A DNA stretch of 64,000 bases from an uncultured delta proteobacterium (lineage in GTDB: Bacteria > Myxococcota_A > Polyangia > Polyangiales > Polyangiaceae): assembly GCA_963806225.1 (NCBI GenBank), contig CAWDXG010000004.1:4672001-4736000 (forward strand), in the 5' to 3' direction. Positions within the stretch are counted from its first letter, which is position 1. Each line of letters starts with the position of its first letter. The notes below the pieces were generated by a model. The model did not search any database, was not told the DNA's origin, and saw only the letters and a program-made list of their open reading frames with translations. Positions 20,082 through 30,033 of the stretch are shown one piece after another. The translations under genes were made by a program, and so were the position numbers.

Positions 20082-23000
20082 GTGAGGCGTCCAACGAGGT
20101 CGCGGTCCGGGGCCGCCTGGTCGGGTGCTGGCGGCCCCTCCCGCTCGCTCGTCGCCTTGGCGCTGACGGGCGTCTTCCTGGCGGCCGTCATCATGCTGGG
20201 CTCTGCCTGCGGTCGGACTCCGGAACCACCCGGCTCGACCGTCGTCGAGGCGATCAGCCGGAGCCATCCGGGTCTGGCCACCCCGTTCGAGCAGGCTCGG
20301 GTCCGGCCGGTGCGCAGCGTCGGACCGGACTACCGGATTGGGCCGGCTACCGGAGTACCGCGTGGGCTGCCGCCGGAGGCGGCCGCTCGGTTGGCCCTCC
20401 GGCGCCGGGCGCAGCACCCCGATGTGACAGCCGAGCTGCCGGGCACCGCCGACGGCACGGTGCGGCTGTCAGTGGCTCGCGGAGAGTTCGCCGTCGGTGT
20501 GCGGCATCCGGGTGCCGCTGCGTCGAAGGCCACGCTCGATCACGGGGCTCTGGTTTATCGGGATGCCGTCCCGGGGGTCGACATCCTCTGGTTTGCCCAC
20601 GGCGATTCCGTCGAGGAGCTCTGGCGGGTGCGTACGCGGCGGGCCGTGCCCGGCTATCACCTCGACCTTCCGCCCGGCGCCACGCTGCACTCGGTATCAC
20701 GGGGTTTGATAGAGCTCCGGGATGCGCACGGGACGGCGTGGATGCGTCTCACGGCGCGGCGCGCCTGGGACGCCGGCGGCCGGAAGCTCAGGCCCGAGCT
20801 CGTCGTGGCCGGCAATTCGGTCCAGGTGCGTATCGCTCCGGACGCAACGTTGCCCGTCGTGATCGATCCGGAGTGGGAGTCCAGCACAGCTCTCTCCAGC
20901 ATCCGCGAGCACGGCACAGCCACGGTGCTGCCTTCCGGTCGGGTGCTGCTCGCCGGCGGAACCGCCGCGGCGGCGGGCTACCTGGAGTTTGCCGAGCTCT
21001 ACGACCCGAAGACCGGGACCTTCACTACGACCGGACACATCATCGAGCAGCGCATCTATCACACCGCCACGCTGCTCCGTTCGGGCAAGGTTCTCATCGT
21101 AGGCGGAGCAGGGCCGGTCGGCGGGTTCCACGCCACAGCCGAGCTCTACGACGAGCAGACCGGCTTGTTCACGCAGACCGGCAGCATGAGCACCGTCCGC
21201 GCCGATCAAACCGCCACCATGCTCGCTTCGGGGAAGGTCCTCGTTGCAGGGGGCAAGGACCAGCTGTCGAAATCGGTGAGCTCCGCGGAGCTCTACGACC
21301 CGACGAGCGGCACGTTTGCCGCCGCCGCAAGTCTTGCCGTCGCACGCTACGGCCATACCGCGACGCGCCTGCGGTCGGGCAAGGTGCTGATCGCCGGCGG
21401 CTACCACACCAACTCGAGCGCCTCGGTCGTGCCGAACGCGACCGCCGAGATCTTCGATCCCTCTGCGGGCGCGACCGGCTCCTTTTCGCTGACGGGTTCG
21501 ATGTCGGCGGCGCGCGCACGGCAGATCGCGACGCTGCTGCCGTCGGGCAAGGTGCTGGTCACTGCTGGGACCGGGACAAGCGGGTCGCTGGCATCCGCCG
21601 AGCTGTTCGATCCGGCGTCGGGCAGCTTTTCTCCGACCGGCTCGTTGACGACGGCGCGGACCTGGCCAAGCGCGGTGCTGCTTCCGAGCGGCGATGTGCT
21701 GGTGACCGGTGGCGAGACAGGCGGCGTCGGGCTGTTCAGTTCGGAACTCTACAACCCGCAGAGCGGCAGCTTCGGTGCTGCGCCGAGCATGACCGTCCAG
21801 CGAGTCCACCACAACTCGGTCATGCTGCCGAACGGCAAGGTGCTGGTCGCGGGCGGACCCTACAGCACGGTCGCCGACCTGTTCGACCCGGTTGCTGCTC
21901 CGGGGACCGCTACCGCCACGGGTTCGATGAACGACGCCCGTCGCTACGCCACTGCGACCCTGCTGCCCTCGGGCAAGGTGCTCGTGGCCGGAGGACAAAC
22001 GTCCGCAGGCCCGCTCGCTACGGCGGAGCTCTACGATCCCGTCACGAGGACGTTCACCGCCACCGCGTCCATGCCCACCCCACGCTCGAAGCACACCGCG
22101 ACGCTGCTTGCGTCCGGAAAGGTCCTCGTCGCGGGCGGGGAGTCGACCGGCGGCGATCAAACCGCCGAAGCCGAGCTCTACGATCCAGCCGCCGGCACCT
22201 TCACTCCCACTGGTGCCATGACGGTTTCCCGCGACGCCCACACGGCGACCCTGCTGTCGACGGGTGAAGTGCTGATCGTGGGCGGCGTGACGAGCGGGAA
22301 CGCCATACTCTCGAGCGCCGAACTCTACGATCCGTCCTCGGGGACATTCAAGACCACCGGCAACATGACCGCACAGCGTTTCGGTCACACCGCCACGCTG
22401 CTTCCCTCGGGCAAGGTGCTGGTGGCCGCGGGAATCACGGGCAACCTGACTGCCGAACTCTACGACCGATCGGCGAACGGCGGCGCGGGCGCCTTCTCGC
22501 CCGTGGGCAACCTCACGCGTGCGCGCTTCCAGCACACGGCGACGCTGCTGTCCTCGGGCAAGGTGCTGCTTGCCGGAGGCACGGACGGTTCGACGCCCCT
22601 GGCCACCGCCGAGTTGTACGACCCGGCGACCGGCGGGTTCACCCAGACCGCGTCGATGTTCAATGCGCGCTCCGGCCACTCGGCGACCATGCTGCCGTCG
22701 GGCGACGTGCTGTTCGCGGGCGGTCAGGCGTCCACGGTGCTGGCCAGTATCGAGGTGTTCGACCCGGGAGATGGCACCAACGGCGGCTTCATTCCCGGTG
22801 GCAGTCTGGGCCAGGCGCGTTCCGACCACGTGGCGAGCCTGCTGCCCGACGGGGACGTGCTCATCGCCGGTGGCGCGGCGGCCGGCAGCTCGCTCACGTC
22901 GGCCGATACCTGGGACGCCGGCAGCGTTGGAAACGCGAGCTGGCGTGCGCAATTGACCTCGGTCCCGGCTAGCGTCACCGCTGGACAGTCAGCGGTCATC

Positions 23001-24500
23001 GCGGGCTCCGGGTTGACCGGCATCTCGCAGGCGGGTGACGGCAGCACGCAGAGCTCGACCACCGACTATCCGGTCGCGCTGTGGATGCCGGTCCAGGGAG
23101 GTTGGGGGACGGTCGGGCGTTTGGTGGCGTGGTCGGATACGGGCGCGTCCTGGACTCCCCCGCCCACGGCGCTGTCGGGCCCGGGTTGGCTGTTCACCGC
23201 AACCGCCGGGATTCCGGGCACCGCAAAGCCCTCGACGGTGCGTCCGGCACAGCCGTCGGCGTCTTGTACCGTTGGCTCCCAGTGCCAGAGCGGCTTCTGC
23301 GTGGACGGGGTCTGCTGCGATTCCGCCTGCGATCAGAAATGCGAGGCGTGCAGTGCGGCGCTCAAGGGATCGGGTGCGGACGGCGCCTGCGGCCCTGTCG
23401 CCAAGGGCACGGATCCCAAGGACCAGTGCCTCGCGGCCCCCCAGGAGACCTGCAAGACGACCGGCGAGTGTGACGGCGCGGGGGCCTGCGAGCTGTTTGC
23501 CAAGGACACCGTGTGCTTCCCGGCGTCCTGCAGCGGCCCTGTGCTGTCACCCGCATTCCTCTGCGACGGGCTGGGCACGTGCTCACCGTCCAAGGCAGAG
23601 GACTGCAGCCCGAACCTGTGCAAGACGACGGGCAAAGTTTCGGCTTGCGGTTCCAGCTGCGTCAACCAGTCGGAGTGTGCGCCGAACAGCTTCTGCAAGC
23701 AGGGCGTCTGTACGGCCCTGCAGAAGCCCGGTGAGCCCTGTGTGGTCAACGCACAGTGCCTGAGCAACAACTGCGTGGACGGCGTGTGCTGCAATTCGGC
23801 GTGCGATCAGACATGCGCCGCCTGTACCAAGGCGAAAACGGGCGTTGCCGACGGGCTCTGCGCGCCGGTCACGTCCGGGACCGATCCGAACAACGAGTGC
23901 GACAAGCAGGCCGCGACTAGCTGCGGACAGGACGGCAGCTGCAGCGGCGCGTTCAGCTGCGAGCTGTACGACAAGACCACGGAGTGTGGTCAGCCTTCGT
24001 GCTTCGACGGAGAGGACCATAGTACCGCACTCAAGAGTTTCTGCGACGGCAGGGGTAGTTGCGGCCAGCAGGAGCCGAGTTCGTGCGGGAACTACAAGTG
24101 CGGCCCGACTGCCTGCCTGACGACCTGCTTGGTCGACGACGAATGCGCTGCGCTGTTCCGCTGTGACGCCCAGAAGCACACCTGCGTGCCCCGAGGCCAG
24201 GGGATCTGCATCCGGGAGGACGAGGCGGAGAACACCAATGGCAAGCAGAACTGCGCGCCGTTCTTGTGTGACCCGTCAAGCGGCACCTGTCGGACCAGCT
24301 GCGGCTCCGCGGCGGACTGCAAGACGGGATACGAGTGCAACTCCGACGGTCGGTGCGCCAGGCCGTTCCCGGTGTCGCAGCCAAACGGCTGTGGGTGCAC
24401 GGTCCCCGGGCGGCACTCGCCGCGCAACTCCCCGTGGCAGCTCGTCGCGTTCGGCCTCGTGCTGGTCGAAGCTAGAAGGTATAGCCGGCGACCAGCGTAG
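20082..24500 (+). CDS. Kelch-repeat surface protein with Cys-rich region and MYXO-CTERM-like tail
   Basis: 14 repeats of R..HTATLL.SGKVL.AGG...AELYDP, CVDGVCC repeats, and a tail of GCGC + hydrophobic segment + RR. Confidence 0.9.
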   Translation: MRRPTRSRSGAAWSGAGGPSRSLVALALTGVFLAAVIMLGSACGRTPEPPGSTVVEAISRSHPGLATPFEQARVRPVRSVGPDYRIGPATGVPRGLPPEAAARLALRRRAQHPDVTAELPGTADGTVRLSVARGEFAVGVRHPGAAASKATLDHGALVYRDAVPGVDILWFAHGDSVEELWRVRTRRAVPGYHLDLPPGATLHSVSRGLIELRDAHGTAWMRLTARRAWDAGGRKLRPELVVAGNSVQVRIAPDATLPVVIDPEWESSTALSSIREHGTATVLPSGRVLLAGGTAAAAGYLEFAELYDPKTGTFTTTGHIIEQRIYHTATLLRSGKVLIVGGAGPVGGFHATAELYDEQTGLFTQTGSMSTVRADQTATMLASGKVLVAGGKDQLSKSVSSAELYDPTSGTFAAAASLAVARYGHTATRLRSGKVLIAGGYHTNSSASVVPNATAEIFDPSAGATGSFSLTGSMSAARARQIATLLPSGKVLVTAGTGTSGSLASAELFDPASGSFSPTGSLTTARTWPSAVLLPSGDVLVTGGETGGVGLFSSELYNPQSGSFGAAPSMTVQRVHHNSVMLPNGKVLVAGGPYSTVADLFDPVAAPGTATATGSMNDARRYATATLLPSGKVLVAGGQTSAGPLATAELYDPVTRTFTATASMPTPRSKHTATLLASGKVLVAGGESTGGDQTAEAELYDPAAGTFTPTGAMTVSRDAHTATLLSTGEVLIVGGVTSGNAILSSAELYDPSSGTFKTTGNMTAQRFGHTATLLPSGKVLVAAGITGNLTAELYDRSANGGAGAFSPVGNLTRARFQHTATLLSSGKVLLAGGTDGSTPLATAELYDPATGGFTQTASMFNARSGHSATMLPSGDVLFAGGQASTVLASIEVFDPGDGTNGGFIPGGSLGQARSDHVASLLPDGDVLIAGGAAAGSSLTSADTWDAGSVGNASWRAQLTSVPASVTAGQSAVIAGSGLTGISQAGDGSTQSSTTDYPVALWMPVQGGWGTVGRLVAWSDTGASWTPPPTALSGPGWLFTATAGIPGTAKPSTVRPAQPSASCTVGSQCQSGFCVDGVCCDSACDQKCEACSAALKGSGADGACGPVAKGTDPKDQCLAAPQETCKTTGECDGAGACELFAKDTVCFPASCSGPVLSPAFLCDGLGTCSPSKAEDCSPNLCKTTGKVSACGSSCVNQSECAPNSFCKQGVCTALQKPGEPCVVNAQCLSNNCVDGVCCNSACDQTCAACTKAKTGVADGLCAPVTSGTDPNNECDKQAATSCGQDGSCSGAFSCELYDKTTECGQPSCFDGEDHSTALKSFCDGRGSCGQQEPSSCGNYKCGPTACLTTCLVDDECAALFRCDAQKHTCVPRGQGICIREDEAENTNGKQNCAPFLCDPSSGTCRTSCGSAADCKTGYECNSDGRCARPFPVSQPNGCGCTVPGRHSPRNSPWQLVAFGLVLVEARRYSRRPA

Positions 24501-26358
24501 GAACGAAGACGACGAAGGGAGCGTAGCCCCGCTCGCCGGCGACCTTTGCCGTGTTCTTCGCGCAATCGACTGGTCTTGTCTGGTTGGGCGGGGGCGGATT
24601 GCGATCGCAGCTGTCGGTACCGACCACGCGCGTATCGCCCGTCTCGAGGCGGGGCCCGGTCACCGGGAAGATGAACGCCCCCAGGCCCAGCCCGGCGTGG
24701 AGCGCACCGAACTTCCAGACAAGCCGCGCCTCCGGGTCGACGAAGACCGCCGCGGAGCGCACGGTCTTGCCCGAGTTCTGGACCTCGGCGGGTACCGTCT
24801 TGCCGAGCGCGGAGGCCTCGGCATCGAGCACGTCTCGCACGCCGGCGAACACGACGCCGACATCGGCGCGCAGCGCGAGCGAAATACGCTTTGACAGCTC
24901 GATCGGGTAGCCTGCACCGACCAGGGCCAACGGACCCTGGAAACGGATATGGTCGGTGTACTCGTACGCGACCGCCACGCTGTCTCCATTGCCGCCGTCG
25001 TAGGTGTCGTGGAGCGTGCGGGTGAGCGTCTTCGACAGGCTCAGGTAGCCCACGCCCAGCTCGACCGAGACGCCGAAGGGGAACTGCCAGCCGCCGCGGA
25101 GGCCGGCCACCGGTCCATGCGCGATGCCCTGCTTCGAGCAGGCACCCTGGTTGCAGCCCGCCTCCATGTCGCTGCCGAAGGAGCCAAACAGGCCAAAGCC
25201 CGCGAACGCCTCCGCCCAGGGCTTTCCCGGTTCCGGGCGACCCCAGCGAGGGCTGTCACTGTCCACGCGCAGTTTGAGCGCTATCGTGTTGCCGCGATTG
25301 GGCTCGATGTGAAGTGTCCGCTGTTCCGGATGGTAGCCGTATTCGCGCGCCAGGACCTGGACCTCGCCCACAGGCAGTCGTCCCTGCCATTGTTCGTGGC
25401 CCACCCGGACGCCGTCGATGTAGAGCTCGGCGGTGGGCGGGTCCACGGCGAAACGCAGGTCGCCGCTCAACGGCCCTGCCTTCACCTCGACCAGCACCGT
25501 CTGTCCCTCCACCACGACGGCTGATCGCGGTGCGGTGCCGATGTCGCCCTTGCGCACCCGGTAGCGGTGCGTTCCGGGTGCCAGCGTGCCCTCCCAGGGA
25601 AGGGTGCCGACCTTGCCGCCGTCGATGAAGAGATCCGCACCGGCGAGCGCCGGGTCGTCGACACGTAGCTTGCCGACATGCAGCAGCCGCTTGAGCCGCG
25701 CGTCGATCAGCTTCTTCTGCCGCACCTTGATGCTGATGTTTTCCTCGAATGCGTCGTAGCCGTCCTTGAGCACCCGGACCACATGCCGGCCCGGCAGCAC
25801 GGGTACGGGTGACGTCAGCGGAAGCTTGCCGCGCTGCCGACCGTCGACCAGAAGCACGCCGTTGACGTTGGACGAGACATCCAGCGAACCCAGCTTGCCG
25901 CGGAGGACGCGCATGGCATTGGCAACGCCGCGGCGATCCCTGTTGTCGAGGTGTGTGAAGCGCGTGAGGAGATCCTCGTACATCTCGAGTGCCTCGTCGA
26001 AGCGGCCGAGATGATCGAGGGTCAGCGCTGCATTGAGCGTGTTCGGGATGGAAGGAAGCGCGCGCCGGGAAGCGAGGTACATGTCGAGCGCGCCCTGGTA
26101 GTCACCCGCCGAGCGCAGCTCGTTGCCCTTGCGGAACAGTTCCTTCGCGTCTTCGAGCTTCCTGGTCTGGTCGGGAGACGCCGCATCGGCATCAGCCGGT
26201 GCGGCGTCTCCGGGTCCTGCCGGTTCGCTCGGCGTGCCAGCGCTGTGGCCCGGACCTGGCGCCGGCGTCTGTGCGCGGATTGCCGGTGCCGACGAGAGCA
26301 CACAAGCTGCAGCGGCAGCCGCCGACCACTGCGCTACGTCCCGACGTATCCGTCTCAC
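24472..26358 (-). CDS. TPR + PEGA domain secreted/outer-membrane protein
   Basis: GTG overlaps the kinase stop; signal peptide, AKELFRKG TPR, three PEGA-like units (VDG...G.LP...PG.H) and a beta-rich C-terminus ending AGYTF. Confidence 0.85.
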   Translation of the reverse strand: MRRIRRDVAQWSAAAAAACVLSSAPAIRAQTPAPGPGHSAGTPSEPAGPGDAAPADADAASPDQTRKLEDAKELFRKGNELRSAGDYQGALDMYLASRRALPSIPNTLNAALTLDHLGRFDEALEMYEDLLTRFTHLDNRDRRGVANAMRVLRGKLGSLDVSSNVNGVLLVDGRQRGKLPLTSPVPVLPGRHVVRVLKDGYDAFEENISIKVRQKKLIDARLKRLLHVGKLRVDDPALAGADLFIDGGKVGTLPWEGTLAPGTHRYRVRKGDIGTAPRSAVVVEGQTVLVEVKAGPLSGDLRFAVDPPTAELYIDGVRVGHEQWQGRLPVGEVQVLAREYGYHPEQRTLHIEPNRGNTIALKLRVDSDSPRWGRPEPGKPWAEAFAGFGLFGSFGSDMEAGCNQGACSKQGIAHGPVAGLRGGWQFPFGVSVELGVGYLSLSKTLTRTLHDTYDGGNGDSVAVAYEYTDHIRFQGPLALVGAGYPIELSKRISLALRADVGVVFAGVRDVLDAEASALGKTVPAEVQNSGKTVRSAAVFVDPEARLVWKFGALHAGLGLGAFIFPVTGPRLETGDTRVVGTDSCDRNPPPPNQTRPVDCAKNTAKVAGERGYAPFVVFVPTLVAGYTF

Positions 26359-28928
26359 CACTTGGTCTTGAATTGTGGCTGCTGGCTGGGCTCGCTGCTC
26401 GCCCTGGGCGGCGGGTTCGCCTTCGCCCTGGAGCTTGCGCTGGGGGCGGTGTGCTTCGCAGTCTGCCAGTGGTGAGTGCTGTGCGAAACCTGTTCCTTTT
26501 CGACCACCACAGAGTCGGGAATGGCGCGGCCGTCGCGTGCCAGCACGACGCTCTCGCTCTTCTTCGCGCCGCCCGCGAGCGTTGCCACGACGCTGAATGC
26601 GGTTCCGGGCGGCCCACTCAGTACGATCTGGCCGTCCTCTATGTGGGCGGGCTTGCCGTTGACCGTGACCTCGGCCGTGGGCGGCTGGATCTTCACGCTC
26701 GCGTGCGAAGTCGGCGCGGGGGGAGCGGCGCTCTTCTCTGGCTGTACCGGCACCGTCACCGACTTCACCGGCGGGGGCACCGCGCTCTTCGGCGTGTGAC
26801 GCGCGCCGAGGGCAACCGCGGCCACCGCGATGGCTCCGGCCGCGACGAGGCCCAGCGCAATCGAGGACCTGCGCGGTCCGCGTTCGAGCTCGCCCGCCGC
26901 CACCGTCACGTCCTCGCTCGCCCTGGTACCCGATACGCCGCCCATGACCGTTGCGGACTCGTCGTCGGTCGGCGGAGGTGGGAGCGACGACGCCTTCATC
27001 GAACGGAGCTCCGGCGGCACCGGTTCGAGGTCCGCCAGCGTGAAGTCCTCGCTTCCCCCGAGGAACGGCTCCAGGGCTGCGATGAGCTCGTCCACGCTCG
27101 CGTAGCGTCTGGCCAATTCGGGACGAAGGCCGCGATGGACCACTTCCGCAAGCTGACGATCGAGCCATGGCGCGCTGCGTGTGAGCGGAGGAACCGCCTG
27201 TGTGCAGATAGCGACGATGATTTCGCCGAGCGCCGAGCGGCCCGCCCACGGCTTGGTCCCGCTCAGAGCCTCGTAGAGCGAGATGCACAGGCTCCAGATG
27301 TCCGTGCGGCGGTCCACCTTCCGCGCGTTGCTGGCCTGTTCGGGTGACATGTAGATGGGCGAGCCGAGCATGCTGCCCGTGCGCGTAAGCTCGTGCGATC
27401 CCGTCTGGTCGCCGTCCACCTCCGAGGCGCGCTTCGCGATGCCGAAGTCGCAGACCTTCACCGTCACGCGTCCGTCCTCCCCCTCGTGGAGGAACAGATT
27501 TGCCGGCTTGATGTCGCGGTGGATGATCTGCTGGTGGTGAGCGTCGGCGATGCCGCGGGCGGCCTGTACGAAGAGTCGCAGAGCCGGCTGGGCGGAGAGA
27601 GCGCCTCGCTCGCGGAGCACGCTCTTCAGGTCCACGCCGCGCAGAAGCTCCATGATGATGAACGGTGCCTTGAGCTCCTCATCCACCCCGCCCTCGATGG
27701 TCCGGACCACGTGAGGGCTGTTGACAAGAGCTGCCGACTTGGCTTCGCGGAAGAAGCGCTTGTAGTGCTCCTCGTCTTCTCCGATGTGGCGGCGATCGAT
27801 GACCTTGGCGGCTGCCAGGCTGCCATGGGGGTCCTCGACCTCGAAGACCGCGCCCATGCCGCCGCGCCCGATCACGCGCAACATCTTCCAGCGTCCGCCG
27901 AGCTTGTGCCCGATGAGCGATGCCAGGCGCGCGGGCTCGTGCTGCGCCTTGCCGAACAATCCCGTGGACGAGGCGGTACCGGCGTCCGACGAGGTGACTT
28001 CCGACGGGGGGCTGCCGAGAGCCTGCGGATCCGCACGCTCGGCGACGCGCCGGCGCTGGACTGGATCGATCGCGACGAGCGAGCCGGCGTACAACTGTTC
28101 GCTATCGCCGGAGTACGGCAGAAGGGCGCTGGCGAAGGCTTCTACCGTGGGCCAGCGCTGGTCCGGATCGGGCTGGAGGGCCAGGTGCAACGCGATCGTG
28201 AGGCCCGGAGTCACCCAGGGCGCGACGTCCTGGATCGAGACCACGTTGTCCTGGACGCTGCTTTCGGATCCCGGCGAGCTGCCGCCCAGCAGCCAGTACA
28301 GGCACGCTCCAAGGCTCCAGACCGTCGAGCGCTCGTCGAGCGACTCCGGCGCGCTGCGTCGCTCCGGCGCAACGAAGCTCCGGAGCAGAACGACGTCGGT
28401 TCCGGTGAGCCCGTCCGTTTCAGGGACTACCTCCCGCGCGCTGCCGAGCGGAGCGACCTTCACGGTGACCTCGTCGCCCGGTCCGCTGACCAGCCACAGA
28501 TCCGACGCGCGAACCTCGGCCAGCCGTCCCCCGGCGGCCTGGAGCTCCATCACCCCGCGGCATGCCTGGAGGATGATGCGGACTGCCGTCTGGGATTCGA
28601 CCGGGCCCCGCTCCGCTATCAACCGTCGTGCGTCGGTGCCTTGTAGTTCCGGCATTGCGACGAACACGCGGCCGGCCGCGACACCGAAGTCCAGAACTGG
28701 AACCAGGTGTGCGCCTTCTTGTGCTGCGAAGGCCGGGTCGGACTCGAGGTGCTGAACCCGCTCGTCGGGATTGTCCCCGACCTGCACGAGTTCGATCGTG
28801 ACGCGGGTGCCGTCAACGCTCTCGCCTGCGAAGCGCCCATTTGCCGAGCTGTCGAGCGCGTGCTCCAAGCGAAACCGCCCGACCATGGCTCCCGGGGGAG
28901 GCCCGATGCTCGGCTCGGATACACCCAT
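26355..28928 (-). CDS. Ser/Thr protein kinase with an N-terminal pseudokinase domain and TM helix
   Basis: The second domain has GRGGMG, AAKVI, HRDIKPAN, DFG and YMSPEQ. The first domain keeps only APE and VWSLG. Confidence 0.93.
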   Translation of the reverse strand: MGVSEPSIGPPPGAMVGRFRLEHALDSSANGRFAGESVDGTRVTIELVQVGDNPDERVQHLESDPAFAAQEGAHLVPVLDFGVAAGRVFVAMPELQGTDARRLIAERGPVESQTAVRIILQACRGVMELQAAGGRLAEVRASDLWLVSGPGDEVTVKVAPLGSAREVVPETDGLTGTDVVLLRSFVAPERRSAPESLDERSTVWSLGACLYWLLGGSSPGSESSVQDNVVSIQDVAPWVTPGLTIALHLALQPDPDQRWPTVEAFASALLPYSGDSEQLYAGSLVAIDPVQRRRVAERADPQALGSPPSEVTSSDAGTASSTGLFGKAQHEPARLASLIGHKLGGRWKMLRVIGRGGMGAVFEVEDPHGSLAAAKVIDRRHIGEDEEHYKRFFREAKSAALVNSPHVVRTIEGGVDEELKAPFIIMELLRGVDLKSVLRERGALSAQPALRLFVQAARGIADAHHQQIIHRDIKPANLFLHEGEDGRVTVKVCDFGIAKRASEVDGDQTGSHELTRTGSMLGSPIYMSPEQASNARKVDRRTDIWSLCISLYEALSGTKPWAGRSALGEIIVAICTQAVPPLTRSAPWLDRQLAEVVHRGLRPELARRYASVDELIAALEPFLGGSEDFTLADLEPVPPELRSMKASSLPPPPTDDESATVMGGVSGTRASEDVTVAAGELERGPRRSSIALGLVAAGAIAVAAVALGARHTPKSAVPPPVKSVTVPVQPEKSAAPPAPTSHASVKIQPPTAEVTVNGKPAHIEDGQIVLSGPPGTAFSVVATLAGGAKKSESVVLARDGRAIPDSVVVEKEQVSHSTHHWQTAKHTAPSASSRAKANPPPRASSEPSQQPQFKTKW

Positions 28929-29097
28929 ATCCCATCATGATACCATGTGGGCGCGGGCTGGAACGGGTCGGGTGTCGCCCCCTCACGCGGACGGGGTCGC
29001 GTGCCGATCGCTAGCATAAAGTGCTGTAATTGCAAGATGAATCAGTGCCACTGGGCCCGGGTCGCTGTTGTCACGTCGTGCTAGAAGCGCTGTCGAG

Positions 29098-29967
29098 ATG
29101 ACAATGACATCCGCGTTCGTCGAGCGCGCCGCTGGTCGTGGGCCCCGACTCGCCTACCAGCTCGCAGTCCCAGAGCGCGGTGCGCCGCGCGGAGCGGTGC
29201 TCCTCACGCACGGTTTCGGCGAGCACAGCGCCCGCTACGGCGAGGTGATCACGGCGCTGACGGAGCGCGAGCTGATCGTCGCGAGCTACGACCTCCGCGG
29301 GCACGGCCGCTCGGAGGGGCCACGCGGACACATCGAGTCGTTCGACGACTATCTGCGCGACGCCGACGACCTGCTCGCGCATCTCGCCGGCGACGAGGGC
29401 TGGAAGGCAGCGGGAAAACCGGTGCTGTTCGGCCACAGCCTGGGCGGATTGATCTCGACCCACGTGGCGCTGGCGGGGCAGGAGCGTTTCCGTGGGCTCG
29501 CAATGACTTCGCCCTTTTTCGGCCTGGCCTTGCAGGTGCCGGCGATCAAGAAGTTGCTGGGGCGGGGCATGAGCCGACTGTTCCCGCGTTTCGCGCAGCC
29601 ATCTGGATTGTCCGGTGCCCAGCTCACGCACGATCGCGAAATAGCGGAGCGCTACGACGCCGATCCGCTCGGCGTGAAGAACGTCACGGCACGTTGGTTT
29701 ACCGAGACCGAACAGGCCCAGGAGCGGGCGTTGACTGCGGCCCCGCAGCTCGAGCTGCCGCTGTTCTGCCTGGCCGCCGGCGAAGACATAGTGGCGTCGA
29801 CGCCGACGACGGAGCGCTTCTTCCAGCTCGCCGGCAGTCGGGAAAAGGAGCTCCGCGTGCTCGACGGCCTGTTCCACGAGGTGCTCAACGAGGTCGACCG
29901 CGCTCCGCATATTGCCGTGGTCGGTGACCGCATTCTCGCCTGGGTATCAGGGTCAGCCGGGCACTAG
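29098..29967 (+). CDS. alpha/beta hydrolase, lysophospholipase (PldB-like)
   Basis: HGFGEHSARY, DLRGHGRS, GHSLGG and HEVLNE. Confidence 0.92.
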   Translation: MTMTSAFVERAAGRGPRLAYQLAVPERGAPRGAVLLTHGFGEHSARYGEVITALTERELIVASYDLRGHGRSEGPRGHIESFDDYLRDADDLLAHLAGDEGWKAAGKPVLFGHSLGGLISTHVALAGQERFRGLAMTSPFFGLALQVPAIKKLLGRGMSRLFPRFAQPSGLSGAQLTHDREIAERYDADPLGVKNVTARWFTETEQAQERALTAAPQLELPLFCLAAGEDIVASTPTTERFFQLAGSREKELRVLDGLFHEVLNEVDRAPHIAVVGDRILAWVSGSAGH

Positions 29968-30033
29968 AGTCGCGAAGCGGGCCACTCCTCATGCCCACGC
30001 GCCCGCGATCGGCGCTACGCTGCGGTGGTCGCA

